Assembly: GCA_964496825.1 (NCBI GenBank)
Contig: CAZCBO010000003.1
Location: forward strand, 1 to 41,435
Length of the DNA: 41,435 nucleotides
Reading direction: 5' to 3'
Origin: an uncultured Acidimicrobiaceae bacterium
GTDB lineage: Bacteria > Actinomycetota > Acidimicrobiia > Spongiisociales > UBA5794
The position numbers and the translations under genes are program-made. Positions within the stretch are counted from its first letter, which is position 1. Every line of letters begins with the position of its first letter. This document shows positions 16,789-31,500 of this stretch, one piece after another. The notes below the pieces were generated by a model. It ran no database searches. It was not told the DNA's origin and saw nothing but the letters and a program-made list of their open reading frames with translations.

Positions 16789-17688
16789 TCAGTCACCAAG
16801 CGCGTTCTCACCCACCGACAGGGCGATGCCGTCGAGCAGATCGTGCTCGGCAACCACGACCTCCCCGATCCTGGCGGCCGTCATCGCCCGCTCCGCAACG
16901 ATGGCGCCGCCCAGGATGACCGGGGCCCGCACCGGGTCGATCCCCTCCAGCGCCGCGATGCCCTCGATCGACAGCCCCGCCAGCCGGTCGATGAGCACCG
17001 CCACGTCATCTCCGGTCAGCACCACCCCGTGGACCGCCGCCCAGTGGGGCATGCCCTTGATCAACGTCGCCATCGTGGTGAACGTCCCGTCGATGCCGAC
17101 TGCGGTCGCCACCGGCCCGGGAAGCTCGACCCCGGCGAACAGCCGGTCGGCCTCGGCACGGGCCGCCGCCACCTGGTCTCCGCCGGCGGGACGATCCGGC
17201 AGCACCCGATCGGTGATGCGCACCGAGCCGATGTCGACGCTGGTGGCATAGTCGGGCCCTTCGCTCCCGTAGACCAGTTCGGTCGAGCCGCCGCCGACGT
17301 CGATGACCAGGATCGGTGCCGGCCCGAGCCCGCCGCGGGTGCCACCGATGAACGCCAGCGCCGCCTCCTCGCCTCCCGAGATGACCTCCGGCCGGATCCC
17401 CAGCACGCCCGCGACGGCATCGAGGAAATCCTCCCCGTCGTCGGCGTCCCGGGTCGCGGAGGTGGCAACGGCTCGGAGCCGCACGCGTCCGTATCGATCG
17501 AGGATCTCCCGATAGTCGGTGAGCACCGCGAGCGACTGCTCCACCGCGTCGGCGCGAAACCGCCGCGACGCATCGACGCCGCGCCCGAGCCCGGTGACCA
17601 CGTATCGCCGCTCGAGGTCGCTCCCGTCCTCGTCGAGGACGAGCAGGCGCACCGTGTTGCTCCCGATGTCGACCGCGGCCCGTCTCAC
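16789..17688 (-). CDS. ppx: Ppx/GppA family exopolyphosphatase
   Basis: Motifs AAVDIGSNTVRL, ATSATRDA, ISGGEEA, IDVGGGSTE and DLLDGI. The GTG at 17688 overlaps the DUF501 stop. Confidence 0.92.
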   Translation of the reverse strand: MRRAAVDIGSNTVRLLVLDEDGSDLERRYVVTGLGRGVDASRRFRADAVEQSLAVLTDYREILDRYGRVRLRAVATSATRDADDGEDFLDAVAGVLGIRPEVISGGEEAALAFIGGTRGGLGPAPILVIDVGGGSTELVYGSEGPDYATSVDIGSVRITDRVLPDRPAGGDQVAAARAEADRLFAGVELPGPVATAVGIDGTFTTMATLIKGMPHWAAVHGVVLTGDDVAVLIDRLAGLSIEGIAALEGIDPVRAPVILGGAIVAERAMTAARIGEVVVAEHDLLDGIALSVGENALGD

Positions 17689-18204
17689 CGGGTGGGCTCG
17701 GCCCAGGCGGGATTGCGGACCACGGAACCACCCACCTCGGCGACGCAGGGTACGGTGCAGTCGAGGGGCTCGACCTGCGGCTCCACCCACAGACCGATCG
17801 GGTTGTCGTTGCCGGCAGCGTGATCGGCGTAGTGCGCGTGCAGGCACTTGACGCCGCCCTTCGACCCTCCGACCCCGCCGCCCGGTCGCGGACCCTCGTG
17901 ATCCTCCGGGATGCCGGCGTCGCGGTCGCCCCGGTAACGATCCATCGCCCGCCGGTGTGCTGCGGCGAACACCGGATCGGCCTCGATCAGCTGCTCGGCG
18001 GCTCCAACTCCGCCCTTGGCCTCGACCCTTCCGATGCGGAGCACCGCAAGCGGGCAGGTCAGCCAGTACGAGGTAGGGAACGGAGTCCCGTCGTCGAGAA
18101 AGGGCGGAACGGCAATCACGACGGGAAGACCGAGATGACACCGCTGCAGTACGGCGACGGTCGATCTGGGCGGGCGTTCGAGCTGAGCCTCGACGACCGC
18201 AGCG

Positions 18205-18212
<8 letters not shown>
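17685..18212 (-). CDS. DUF501 family protein
   Basis: Motifs RCHLGLPVV, DDGTPFPTSYWLTCP and GGVGG..VKCLHAHYA; conserved position between divIC and ppx. Confidence 0.9.
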
Positions 18213-21387
<3,175 letters not shown>

Positions 21388-21388
<1 letters not shown>

Positions 21389-21924
21389 CAAGGGGGTGGA
21401 AGCACGCCGTCGCGGCCGCCCCAGATGCCGACCCGGGAGCTGATGACGACCTCGGCGGCCTCGACGGCGGCGTTGGCCCAGGCGTTGAACAGGGCATCGG
21501 TCTCTGGCTGCCCGAGACCGTCGACCGCGAGCTCGCCGAGCACCGACTCCCTCAGGAGGAAGTACTCGGCGGCGCCCCTGGCGTACGCCTCGCCGAGCTC
21601 GGGGTTCGACCCGATGCCGGCGAAGACCGCTCGCTCCTGCTCGGGCGGATCGGCGATCCTGGCGGCGAGACGGTCGGCGTCGTCCAGACCTTCGAGGCCG
21701 TACTGCTCCTCGGCCGCGGTTCGCAGGGCGATGTTGACGATGAGGAGGTTGAGGTCCCGACGGAAGGGGTCTCCCGCGATGACGGCGCCCTCGGGCGGGG
21801 CGGCTCTGAGCGCGTAGACGTCGTCGGCGCTGATCGGCTCACCGTTGACGCTGGCAACGGTCGGCGAGCCGGAGCACGCGGCGAGGAGGGCCGCGGCGGC
21901 GATGACGGCGACTGGGGTGCGCAC
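21388..21924 (-). CDS. Lipoprotein with SurA/PrsA N-terminal-like domain
   Basis: Lipobox LLAAC-SG followed by VASVNGEPIS. It occupies the usual SurA-like position upstream of mazG, and no PPIase domain is evident. Confidence 0.65.
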
Positions 21925-21994
21925 GAGAGCGGCAATTGTAAGGCGAAGGTGTCGTACACCCGGCGGCCACCGGCCGCTCCCTACACTCGCCGGA

Positions 21995-23212
21995 ATGCTC
22001 GATCCGGGCCCGGCAGCCAGCTATGTCAGCCACCTCGAATGCTCGGCCACCGGCGAGCGCTACCCGGCGGACGAGCCGATCGGTCTCTCGAACCGGGGCA
22101 AGCCCCTCCTGGTGCGCTACGACCTGGATCGCCTCGCCCGTGAGGTCGACCGTGACTCGCTGACGGTACGGCCCGAGGGCATGTGGCGATACCGTGAGCT
22201 GCTGCCGGTCGGCGAGCGCGAGATCGTCACGCTGGGTGAGACTTCGACTCCGCTCCTCGAGCTCGGCGGTCATCCCGGTGTCCTCGTGAAGGACGAAGGC
22301 CGCCTCCCGACGGGCTCGTTCAAGGCCAGGGGCGTCGCCGCGGCAGTCTCGAAGGCCGCATCCTTCGGGCTCGGTCGGTTGGCGATGGCCAGCAACGGGA
22401 ACGCGGGCGCCGCCCTGGCCGCGTACGCCGGAAGGGCCGGGCTCGAGAGCTACGTCTTCTGCCCCAGGGACACGCCGGAGATCAACGTGCGCGAGACCGC
22501 GATGCAGGGTGCGGTGGTGTTCCGCGTCGACGCCTTGATCGACGTCTGCGCCGGGATCGTGGCCGCGGGAACAGCGCCGATGGGGTGGTTCGACGTCTCC
22601 ACGCTCAAGGAGCCCTATCGGATCGAAGGGAAGAAGACGATGGGGTTCGAGCTCGCCGATCAGCTCGGGTGGGAGGTGCCCGACGTCATCTTCTACCCCA
22701 CCGGCGGCGGCACCGGGCTGATCGGGATGTGGAAGGCGTTCGACGAGCTCAGGGCGCTGGGATGGATCGGCGAACGACTCCCCCGGATGGTGGCCGTGCA
22801 GTCGACCGGCTGTGCCCCGATCGTGAAGGCCTGGGAGGAGGGTGCCGATCGCGCCGAGCGGTGGGAGGACGCCGAGACGATCGCCTCGGGCATCCGCGTG
22901 CCTGCCGCCATCGGCGACTTCCTCATGCTCCGGGCGATCCGGGAGAGCGACGGCTTCGGCATCGCCGTGCCCGACGAGGACATCCTCCTCGCGCAACGGC
23001 GCATTGCCGCCTCCGACGGGATCCTGACCGCTCCCGAGGGAGCCGCCACCATCGCCGCCTACGAGGCGGCGCTCGCACGCGGGCTCGTCGATCCCGGTGA
23101 TCGGGTGGTCCTCTTCAACTGCGGCAACGGCCTCAAGTACCCGATGCCCGCCGTGGACCGCATCCTCGTCGATCCGGATTCGATCGACTGGGATGCCCTC
23201 GCCGGGGCTTGA
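21995..23212 (+). CDS. thrC: Threonine synthase (PLP-dependent, fold type II)
   Basis: Motifs MWRYRELLP, KDEGRLPTGSFKARG, SNGNAGAA, EGKKTMG, YPTGGGTG and NCGNGLKY. The ATG at 21995 lies 7 nt after TACACT. Confidence 0.88.
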   Translation: MLDPGPAASYVSHLECSATGERYPADEPIGLSNRGKPLLVRYDLDRLAREVDRDSLTVRPEGMWRYRELLPVGEREIVTLGETSTPLLELGGHPGVLVKDEGRLPTGSFKARGVAAAVSKAASFGLGRLAMASNGNAGAALAAYAGRAGLESYVFCPRDTPEINVRETAMQGAVVFRVDALIDVCAGIVAAGTAPMGWFDVSTLKEPYRIEGKKTMGFELADQLGWEVPDVIFYPTGGGTGLIGMWKAFDELRALGWIGERLPRMVAVQSTGCAPIVKAWEEGADRAERWEDAETIASGIRVPAAIGDFLMLRAIRESDGFGIAVPDEDILLAQRRIAASDGILTAPEGAATIAAYEAALARGLVDPGDRVVLFNCGNGLKYPMPAVDRILVDPDSIDWDALAGA

Positions 23213-23214
23213 CC

Positions 23215-23449
23215 TCAGCGAAGGTACTCGTCGGCGATCCGCTGCACGGTGCGGTGAGAACGCTGCGTCGTCGGCATCCCGAGGCTCCGGACGACCTCGC
23301 CATCTCCCTCGAAGACCACATTTGCCCGAGGCGATGAACGTCTCCACGTTGTCGAGACCCGACGCCTCGAAGGCGGCCTCGATCCGGTCCATCGTGATGT
23401 TCCTTCCCGGCGTGTTGATGGCTCGGAGAAGGGCGACGTGGCGCGCCAT
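23215..23449 (-). pseudogene. DUF1697 family remnant (frameshift plus apparent internal deletion)
   Basis: [12 protein letters not shown]...VETFIASG is followed by GGC AAA TGT. Removing one A (23321-23323) restores GNVVFE and a C-terminus ...TTQRSHRTVQRIADEYLR*, giving only about 77 aa. Confidence 0.75.
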
Positions 23450-25038
23450 CAGGTCAGGTCGCGGCGACGGAACCCGGCGAGACCTGCCGCGGTGAGGGCG
23501 ACGGCCGTTCCGGTCAACACGACCAGCGGCACCGGGCTGATGGCGCCCGGGAGGGTGGGGGTGTGGGAGAACGGCGAGAGGTCGATGGCCCACTGCGGGA
23601 ACTGGAGCACCTGCCCGAGAAGGCCCACGATCAGAAACCCGACGAGCAGGGCCCACGCCACGGGGGCATACCGGGGCACCAGGCCGAACAGCACCATCGC
23701 GATGCCGACCATGACCCACACCGCGGGGATCGAGAGCAGCGCGGTCTCGACGAGCCGGGGCACGTTGCCGCCGACCTCTCCGATGGACAGGCCGTACACG
23801 AGTCCTGCGACGGCGCCGGCGAGGATCATCATGATCACCGGGCCCGCCAGTCCAAAGACGAGGTGGCTGCCGGCCCAGTTGAGGCGGGGCGCGGCGGTCG
23901 CCAGGATCGGCTCGGCCCGGAGTCCCTCTTCCTCGGTGCGGAGACGCAGCGTGGCGCGCACCGCGTAGGCGGCGGCGATGTAGGCGACGAAGCCCATGGC
24001 CGCCGAGAAGAAGATGTCGATGAGCGCCTGGTCGCCGCCGAGCCGTTCGAAGATCTCGGCGAACCCGGGGTTCTCATCGAAGATCTGGCTCATGCTGTCC
24101 CCGAGACCGCCCCACACCGAGCCGAACAGCACCAGGCCGACCGACCAGCCGAGCAGCGCGGGGCGCTGCAACCGCCAGGCCAGTCCGAGCGGGGTGCTCA
24201 GTCCGGGTGCCGCCGTCGCCGGGCCCGGTCGGGGCTCGAAGACGCCGGCGGCGACGTCTCGTTGCGACGAGAGTCGGAACGCGGCGCCTCCCAGCACGAG
24301 CGCCAGCCCCGCGAAGAGCAGCACCACCCACCACTGCTCGTCGGCATAGGGACGGAGTCTGGTGAACCAGCCGTAGGGCGAGAACCACGACAGCCAGTTG
24401 ACGGTGTCGTTCCCATCCCCTGCCATCCTGATGAGGAACGCCACGGCGATCACCGCGATGGCGATGCCCCTGGCACCTCCCGAGTTCGGGGTGAGCTGTG
24501 CGGCCACTCCACCGACCGCGGCAAAGACGATCGCGACCATCGCCCATCCCAGGCCGAAGGCCACCGAGCCGGCGGCTGCCTCGCCGGTGGCGATGAGGCC
24601 GGCGGCGATGATCACTCCGATGATCAGCCCGGTCGCCGACACGACGAGGAGCGCCGCGGTCAGCGGCGCATGGCGCCCGACCACGGTCGAGCCGAGGAGC
24701 TCCCGCCGGCCGGTCTCCTCTTCGACGCGGGTGTGCCTGATCACGGTGAGCACCGCCATCAGCGACACGAAGACCCCACCGATGGCGCCGATTCGCCACA
24801 CGGTGAGGCCACCGATGGACGCGTCGTACAGCGGACCGAGGAGGGCGATCAGGCTGGGGTTGGACACCAGCGTGCCCATGAGCTCGAGCCGGGATTCCAG
24901 CGTCGGATACAGGCCCTCGAACGCCGAAGCCACGGCGAGCGGTATGAGGGAGAGGACGGCGACCCAGATCGGCAGCAGCAGACGATCGCGACGCAGGATG
25001 AACCGGATGAGCTTCCCGGTCCCGGTCAGGGTGGTCAC
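23449..25038 (-). CDS. ABC-2 type exporter permease (~530 aa, two-repeat polyketide/ionophore-exporter type)
   Basis: Motifs [44 protein letters not shown] and FRRRDL. The GTG at 25038 overlaps the ATPase stop. Confidence 0.88.
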   Translation of the reverse strand: MTTLTGTGKLIRFILRRDRLLLPIWVAVLSLIPLAVASAFEGLYPTLESRLELMGTLVSNPSLIALLGPLYDASIGGLTVWRIGAIGGVFVSLMAVLTVIRHTRVEEETGRRELLGSTVVGRHAPLTAALLVVSATGLIIGVIIAAGLIATGEAAAGSVAFGLGWAMVAIVFAAVGGVAAQLTPNSGGARGIAIAVIAVAFLIRMAGDGNDTVNWLSWFSPYGWFTRLRPYADEQWWVVLLFAGLALVLGGAAFRLSSQRDVAAGVFEPRPGPATAAPGLSTPLGLAWRLQRPALLGWSVGLVLFGSVWGGLGDSMSQIFDENPGFAEIFERLGGDQALIDIFFSAAMGFVAYIAAAYAVRATLRLRTEEEGLRAEPILATAAPRLNWAGSHLVFGLAGPVIMMILAGAVAGLVYGLSIGEVGGNVPRLVETALLSIPAVWVMVGIAMVLFGLVPRYAPVAWALLVGFLIVGLLGQVLQFPQWAIDLSPFSHTPTLPGAISPVPLVVLTGTAVALTAAGLAGFRRRDLT

Positions 25039-25928
25039 TGGGGGATCTCGGTCTGGTAGTGGCGGAGGAACAGCTCCTCGAGGGTCGGGGGATGGCTGAC
25101 GAGGTCTTTGATCCCGAGCGCGGCGAGGTGCCGCATCACGTCGTCGATCCGGTCCGTGTCCACCTCGAAGTCGACCCTCCCGTCGCCGACCGAGAGGGCG
25201 TGAACGCCGGGAAGGTCGCCGAGCCCGGTCGGGTTGCCTGCCAGCTGTGCCGAGACCGTCGTACGGGTCAGGTGGCGGAGATCGGCGAGGCTTCCGGTCT
25301 CGACGATCACGCCGTCCCTGATGATGCTGACGCGATCGCACAGGGCCTCCACCTCGGCGAGGATGTGGCTGGCGAGCAGCACGGTGCTGCCGTTGTCGCG
25401 GTCCTCCTCGATGACCGCACGGAACTCTGCCTCCATCAGGGGGTCGAGACCGGCGGTCGGCTCGTCGAGGATGAGCAGCTCGACGTCGGAGGCCAGCGCC
25501 GCGACCAGCGCCACCTTCTGCCGGTTGCCCTTCGAATAGGTTCTCCCCTTCTTCGTCGGGTCGAGGTCGAAGCGGAGGAGCAGATCGTCCTTGCGCTGCT
25601 CGTCGAGACCGCCGCGCATCCGGCCGAGGAGATCGATCACCTCACCGCCGGTGAGGTTGGGCCAGAGGGCCACGTCGCCCGGGACGTAGGCGAGGCGGCG
25701 ATGCAGCTCGGTCGCATCGTTCCAGGGATCGCCCCCGAGCAGCACGGCCTCCCCTGCATCGGCGCGGATCAGGCCGAGCAGGATGCGCGTGGTGGTGGTC
25801 TTCCCGGCTCCGTTGGGGCCGAGGAACCCGTGCACTTCACCGGTGGCGACCTCGAGGTCGAGCCCGTCGAGGGCGACCGTGGTGCCGAAGTGCTTGACGA
25901 GACCGGAGGTGGAGATCGCGATGCTCAT
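25035..25928 (-). CDS. ABC exporter ATP-binding subunit
   Basis: Motifs [27 protein letters not shown] and LEELFL. Confidence 0.93.
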   Translation of the reverse strand: MSIAISTSGLVKHFGTTVALDGLDLEVATGEVHGFLGPNGAGKTTTTRILLGLIRADAGEAVLLGGDPWNDATELHRRLAYVPGDVALWPNLTGGEVIDLLGRMRGGLDEQRKDDLLLRFDLDPTKKGRTYSKGNRQKVALVAALASDVELLILDEPTAGLDPLMEAEFRAVIEEDRDNGSTVLLASHILAEVEALCDRVSIIRDGVIVETGSLADLRHLTRTTVSAQLAGNPTGLGDLPGVHALSVGDGRVDFEVDTDRIDDVMRHLAALGIKDLVSHPPTLEELFLRHYQTEIPQ

Positions 25929-25975
25929 GGCGCTCGTAGGCTAGAGCCGTTGGCGGCGCCGACCATCCGGGGTGA

Positions 25976-26770
25976 TCACACCGCGACGTCGCGACGGGTG
26001 AGCGCCCAGGTGCCAACGGCGACGAACGCCGCCGCCAAGCCCGCCATGAGCAGGATGGCACCCCAGTCGACCCCGTTCGTCAGCGGGGTGCTCCCGTTCA
26101 GCCAATTGAAGGGCGAGAGGCGCTTCGTCCACTCGAGGCCCTCGACCTGGGGGAAGATCCCGTTGGCGGCGTACCCGAGCACACCGACCGCGGCACCGAC
26201 CGCGATCGCGTAGGCCCTGCGCCCGGTGGCGGCGCCCACGGCGTAGACGAGTCCGCCGAAGAACGCGGCGAACAGCACCAGGTGCAGGTGCTGGGCGGCC
26301 CAGCCCTCCATCGAGATCCCTTCGAGGCGGGCGGGACGGGTCAGCGCCAGCATGACGAGCCAGATCGTCGCCGCGATGATCACCACGCTGACCAGGAAAG
26401 CGGCGTAACGATCGAGCGCCAGTCGAGTGCGAGCCACGGGGTGGGCGAGGATCAGGTCGAGCGTCCCCGCCTCCTCGTCGCCTGCGATGATCCGGGCTCC
26501 CGCGGCGGTGGAGTACACGATGATCAGCAGCGACGCCAATAGCCCGTAGACGGTGGCGCTGACGTACCCGGCGGCGGTGGCGATGTCGGTGTAGTTGATC
26601 GCCTCGAGGAGCGCGTCGGGGTAGCTGTCCAGGGCGGCGAGCAGGTCGGGGTTGTCGACCGTCGGCCAGAAGGCGGCGTACAGACCACCAACGGCGGCGA
26701 TGGCCAGCGCCCAGGCCGGCAGCGATCGGCGGGCGTCCCACAGCCATTTCGTGAACGGATTAGCCAGCAT
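25976..26770 (-). CDS. ABC-2 type exporter permease (~264 aa)
   Basis: About 6 TM segments; AGDEEAGTLDLILAHPVAR, LSPFNW and RRDV. Confidence 0.88.
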   Translation of the reverse strand: MLANPFTKWLWDARRSLPAWALAIAAVGGLYAAFWPTVDNPDLLAALDSYPDALLEAINYTDIATAAGYVSATVYGLLASLLIIVYSTAAGARIIAGDEEAGTLDLILAHPVARTRLALDRYAAFLVSVVIIAATIWLVMLALTRPARLEGISMEGWAAQHLHLVLFAAFFGGLVYAVGAATGRRAYAIAVGAAVGVLGYAANGIFPQVEGLEWTKRLSPFNWLNGSTPLTNGVDWGAILLMAGLAAAFVAVGTWALTRRDVAV

Positions 26771-27665
26771 CGTCCCTCGCGTCGTTGTAGAGGTCGAAGA
26801 AGAGATCCTCGAGCTCGGGCTCGTCGGCGGTGATCGTGATCACCTCGTGGCGGGCGGCAGCCTTCATGAAGGCGTCGGCACGTCCGTCGAGCACGCACCT
26901 GAGCACCCGGTCCTCGACCACCGCGTCGCCGACCTCGGGGATGCCTGAGAACTCCTCGACGCGGACCGGATCGCCGAAGAGGACCTCGACCCGGCGTCTC
27001 GCCAGGTGCCGCAGCCGTTCCACGTCTTCGACGGCGGTGAGGCGGCCCCGGCGGATGATCGCGACTCGATCGGCGACCCGCTGGACCTCGCTCATCACAT
27101 GCGACGACATGAACACCGTCCGTCCCTCGTCGACGGCCTCCCTGACCATGGCCGCGAACTCGTGCTGGAGGAACGGATCGAGGCCGCTGGTCGGCTCGTC
27201 GAGGATGAACAGCTCGGGGTCGTGCATGAAGGCCTGGACGACGCCGACCTTCTGGCGGTTCCCCCTCGACAGCGACTTGATCTTCTTGGCCGGGTCGAGA
27301 TCGAGGCGGTCGACGAGCTCGTCGATGCGGCCGGAGGGAACGCCCCCGCGGAGGTTTCCGAGGTAGGTGAGCAGCTCGGTGCCGGTCTGGCGCCCGTCGA
27401 CGACGAAGTCGTCCGCCAGGTACCCGATGCGGCGCCGCAGCTCGACACCGCTGTGTCTCGGGTCGTGGCCGAGGACCGTCGCGGTGCCGCTGGTCGGTCG
27501 GATGAGATCGATCAACAGGCGGATCGTCGTCGTCTTGCCGGCTCCGTTGGGCCCGAGGAATCCAAAGACCTCGCCGGCGGGGACCTCGAGGTCGAGGCCG
27601 TCGAGACCTCTGACACTGCCGTACTCCTTGACGAGCGCCTCGGTGCGGATGGCGATGTCGGCCAC
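26760..27665 (-). CDS. ABC exporter ATP-binding subunit
   Basis: Motifs [27 protein letters not shown] and LEDLFF. Confidence 0.93.
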   Translation of the reverse strand: MADIAIRTEALVKEYGSVRGLDGLDLEVPAGEVFGFLGPNGAGKTTTIRLLIDLIRPTSGTATVLGHDPRHSGVELRRRIGYLADDFVVDGRQTGTELLTYLGNLRGGVPSGRIDELVDRLDLDPAKKIKSLSRGNRQKVGVVQAFMHDPELFILDEPTSGLDPFLQHEFAAMVREAVDEGRTVFMSSHVMSEVQRVADRVAIIRRGRLTAVEDVERLRHLARRRVEVLFGDPVRVEEFSGIPEVGDAVVEDRVLRCVLDGRADAFMKAAARHEVITITADEPELEDLFFDLYNDARDDAG

Positions 27666-27697
27666 GTGGATCCCTCCGGATCCGTCACGGTAGCCGT

Positions 27698-28549
27698 TCA
27701 GGTCGGAGCGACCCCCTCGGCCAGCACGAGCCCGCCGAGCGCGCCCGATCGCGACCCGAGGCCGGGCGCGACCAGGTAGCCGGTCGGCTCGGGGATGCGC
27801 TCCAGGTACCCGCCGAGGGTCTCCATCATGACTCGACCGGTCGCTTCCATCAGTCCGGGTAGGGCGAGGACACCGCCCCCCGCGATGATCCGCTGCGGCG
27901 ACACGACCAGGGCGAGGTTGGCGAACGCAACGCCGAGATAGAAGGCCTCGAGTTCGACCGCGGCAGCCCGATCCTCATCGAGGTCCTCGGGCGGTCGGCG
28001 CCAGCGCTCGGCGATCGCAGGGCCCGAGGCCAGCCCCTCCAGGCAATCGCCGTGGAAAGCGCACCGACCGGGGAACGTGTCTTCGGGATGGCGCGGGATC
28101 CGCATATGGCCCATCTCGGGGTGCATCAGACCGTGCATGGGTGCGCCGCGGATGAGGCCGCCTCCCCCGATGCCGGTCCCGACGGTGACGTAGAGGAACG
28201 TGTCGTAGCCACGGCCTGCGCCCCAGCGGCCCTCCCCGAGGGCGGCCCCGTTGACGTCGGTGTCGACCGCCACCGGAACACCGGTGCCGGCGGCCAGGGT
28301 CCCGGCGACGTCGGTGTCCGACCAGCCGGGCTTCGGGGTCCCGACGAGCCGACCCGCATCGAGGTCGATCGGTCCGAAGGTGGCGACCCCGAGCCCGGCG
28401 ATCTCGAGGTCCCGGAAGAACGCGATCACCGCGGCCAGCGTCTCCTCCGGTGTCGTCGTCGGGATCGTTGCCTCGGCGGCGATGTCGTCGGGCCCGGTGC
28501 CGGCGATGCACAAGAACTTGGTTCCACCCCCCTCGACACCGCCGAGCAT
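27698..28549 (-). CDS. ROK-family sugar kinase (fructokinase-like)
   Basis: Motifs GVEGGGTKF, TDVNGAALGE, VGTGIGGG, HPEMGH and CAFHGDCLEGLASG. The ATG overlaps the mfd stop (TGATG). Confidence 0.88.
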   Translation of the reverse strand: MLGGVEGGGTKFLCIAGTGPDDIAAEATIPTTTPEETLAAVIAFFRDLEIAGLGVATFGPIDLDAGRLVGTPKPGWSDTDVAGTLAAGTGVPVAVDTDVNGAALGEGRWGAGRGYDTFLYVTVGTGIGGGGLIRGAPMHGLMHPEMGHMRIPRHPEDTFPGRCAFHGDCLEGLASGPAIAERWRRPPEDLDEDRAAAVELEAFYLGVAFANLALVVSPQRIIAGGGVLALPGLMEATGRVMMETLGGYLERIPEPTGYLVAPGLGSRSGALGGLVLAEGVAPT

Positions 28550-31500
28550 CACTCGATCTTCCACAGCGACTCCACGAAGGCCCGCAGCGTGGCGGCGATG
28601 TTTCCTTCGCCGCGGGGTGCCGGGATGAACAGGGTGGCCTCACGGATCACCCAACCGGAAGCCAGCCGCTCGAGCCGCACCTCCTGGGAGGCCTTGAGCT
28701 CGACCGGTGCCAGCCGAACCTCGTCCCTGACCATCACCACCTCCTCCACCCCCGCATCGGCGGCGGCAACCCGCAGCCTGGCCACGTCGATGAGCGCCTC
28801 GGCCTCCGGGGGCAGCGGTCCGTACCGATCGAGCCACTCGGCGACGACGTCGTCCACGGCCTCGGGCGAGATGGCGGCGGCCAGTCTGCGGTACCCCTCG
28901 AGACGGCCGTCGGCGTCGTGGACGTAGTCGTCGGAGAGACGGGCGTCGATCGGGAGATCGATCCTGATGTCGATCTCGGGTTCTGCCTCGACGGGAGTGC
29001 CCTTGAGGTCGTTGACCGCGTCGGCGACCAGCTCGGTGTAGAGATCGAATCCAACGGCGGCGATGTGTCCCGACTGGGTCTCGGAGAGGATCGACCCGGC
29101 TCCCCGGATCTCCAGGTCGCGCATCGCCAGCTCGAACCCCGAGCCGAGCTCGGAGAACTCCCCGATCGCCTCGAGACGCCGGTGTGCCGTCTCGGGAATC
29201 CGCTCCTCGGGCGGATGGAACAGGTAGGCGTAGGCACGCTGGCTCGACCGCCCGACCCTGCCCCGCAGCTGGTAGAGCTGCGCCAGCCCGAGCCGGTCGG
29301 CGCGCTCCACGATCAGCGTGTTGACCTGGGGCAGGTCGAGCCCCGACTCGATGATGGTGGTGGCGACCAACACGTCGTACTCCCTGTTCCAGAAGTCGAA
29401 CATGACCTGTTCGAGCTGCCCCTCGCTCATCTGACCGTGGGCGACGGCGATCCGCGCGTCGGGAACGAGGTCACGGAGCCTGACCACGGCGTGGTCGATC
29501 GACTGGACCCGGTTGTGGACGTAAAAGACCTGGCCTTCGCGCAGCATCTCACGCCGGATGGCCGCCGACACGGCCTGGGTGTCGTGGGGGCCCACGTAGG
29601 TGAGGATCGGGTGCCGGTCTTCGGGCGCCGTCCGGATCTGGCTCACGTCCCTGATCCCCGTGAGCGCCATCTCGAGCGTCCTCGGGATCGGTGTCGCCGT
29701 CAGCGTCAAGGCATCGACCGAGGCGCGGATCGCCTTCAGCTTGTCCTTGGCGCCGACCCCGAAGCGCTGCTCCTCATCGACGACGAGGAGGCCGAGATTC
29801 TTGAAGGACACGTCGTCGGAAAGCAGCCGGTGGGTGCCGACGACGACGTCGACGGTGCCGTCGGCGATGCCGCGCACGACCTTTGCCTGCTCCCCCGAGG
29901 TCAGGAACCGGCTGAGCATCTCGACACGGATCGGGTAGGGCCCGAGGCGGTCTTCCATCGTGGCGAAGTGCTGCTGGGCGAGGAGTGTGGTCGGGACCAG
30001 CAGCGCCGCCTGCCTCCCCTCCTGGACTGCCTTGAAGATGGCACGGAGCGCGACCTCGGTCTTGCCGAAACCGACGTCGCCGCAGATGAGGCGATCCATC
30101 GGCATCGGGCTCTCCATGTCCGCCTTGACATCCTCGATGGCAGCGAGCTGGTCGACCGTCTCCTCGTAGGGGAACGAGGCCTCGAACTCCTGCTGCCACG
30201 GGGTATCCGGCTCGAAGCGATGACCGACTGCGGCGGCGCGTTCGCGATGGAGGGCGACGACGTCCTCGGCGACCACCGCCACGGCCTTCCGAACCTTGCT
30301 CCTCGTCTGGGACCAGTCGGTCCCGCCCATCCGCGACAGCCGCGGGCTCTCCCCGCCGGTGTATCGGCGCACCGCCGCCAGCTGATCGGTGGGAACGTAG
30401 AGGCGGTCGCCTGCGGCGTAGTCGATCAGCAGGTACTCGCGGGAAGCACCCGCCATCTCCCGGTGGACGAGCCCTTGGAACCGGCCGATGCCGTGGTGGT
30501 GATGCACCACGAAGTCTCCAGGGGTCAGGTCGCGGTATGCCTCTTCCCCGCGGTCCCCACGACCCGCTCGGACCGTGCGGTGGGACCGCTGCCGACCGGC
30601 GATCTCACGCTCGCCGACGACGCCGGTCCCGATGGCGGGGAACACAAAACCCTGATGGATACCCGTCGGCAGCACGGTCGGCGTCACCCGCTCGAGCGTG
30701 TCGGCAACGGGCAGACCGGCGCCGGACTCGGCGAGGACGCGGGCGACCCGTTCGGCCGCCGGCGCTCCGTCCATCGCCACGACGATGTCGACACCCCGTG
30801 AGCTCCAGCGGCTGATCTCGCCGGCAATCGACTCGGGCTCACCTGGGGTGGCACCGAAGGGGCCGACTTCGTAGCCCTCGTCGGTCGGGCCGGCCGCCAG
30901 CGGCGGGGCCTCGAGAACCCGGGGCGTCTCGAGCGGGAGGTACAGCGGTGGGTGATCACCGGCCGCGGGGGCGTCGGGTCCCCAGGTCCCGGCCAACGCC
31001 GTGGCCAGGTCCTGTTCCTCCGCCATCAGCTCGCGCGCTCGGTCGCTCGCTCGGGCCGGATCGAACATGACGGTGGGCACGCCTGCGGTTTCGAGGAGCG
31101 TCTGCGCCGGGGCCAGCCAGGGCAGCCACGACTCGATGCCGGGGAACGAGATCCCCTCGGCGATGCGGTCCCACGTCGACGCCGCCCACGGCTCGGAACC
31201 GGCGAGCTCCCCCGCCCGCTGCATGACGGCGTCGTCGATCAGCAGCTCCCCGGCCGGGTAGACGGCCACCTCGTGCTGGGTGCCGTCGGACCGCTGTGTG
31301 CCCACCGAGAACGGCCGGATCTCCTCGACCTCGTCGCCATAGAAGTCGAGGCGCACCGGGTGGACGGCTTGGACCGGGAACACGTCGATGATCCCACCCC
31401 GAACTGCAAACTCGCCGTGGCGCTCCACCCGTCCCGTGCGCTCGTAGCCGAGGGCGACGAGCCGGTCCACGACGGCGTCGAAACCCGCCGTCTGCTCCCC

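Noticed and set aside
21839-23719. 626-aa minus-strand ORF containing a DUF1697 motif
   Set aside because: A chimera of a shifted permease frame, the pseudogene 5' part and thrC antisense, not a real fusion protein.
30493-30506. HHHH run in Mfd as a metal-binding tag
   Set aside because: It falls in the conserved VVHxxHG motif of the RNAP-interaction domain.
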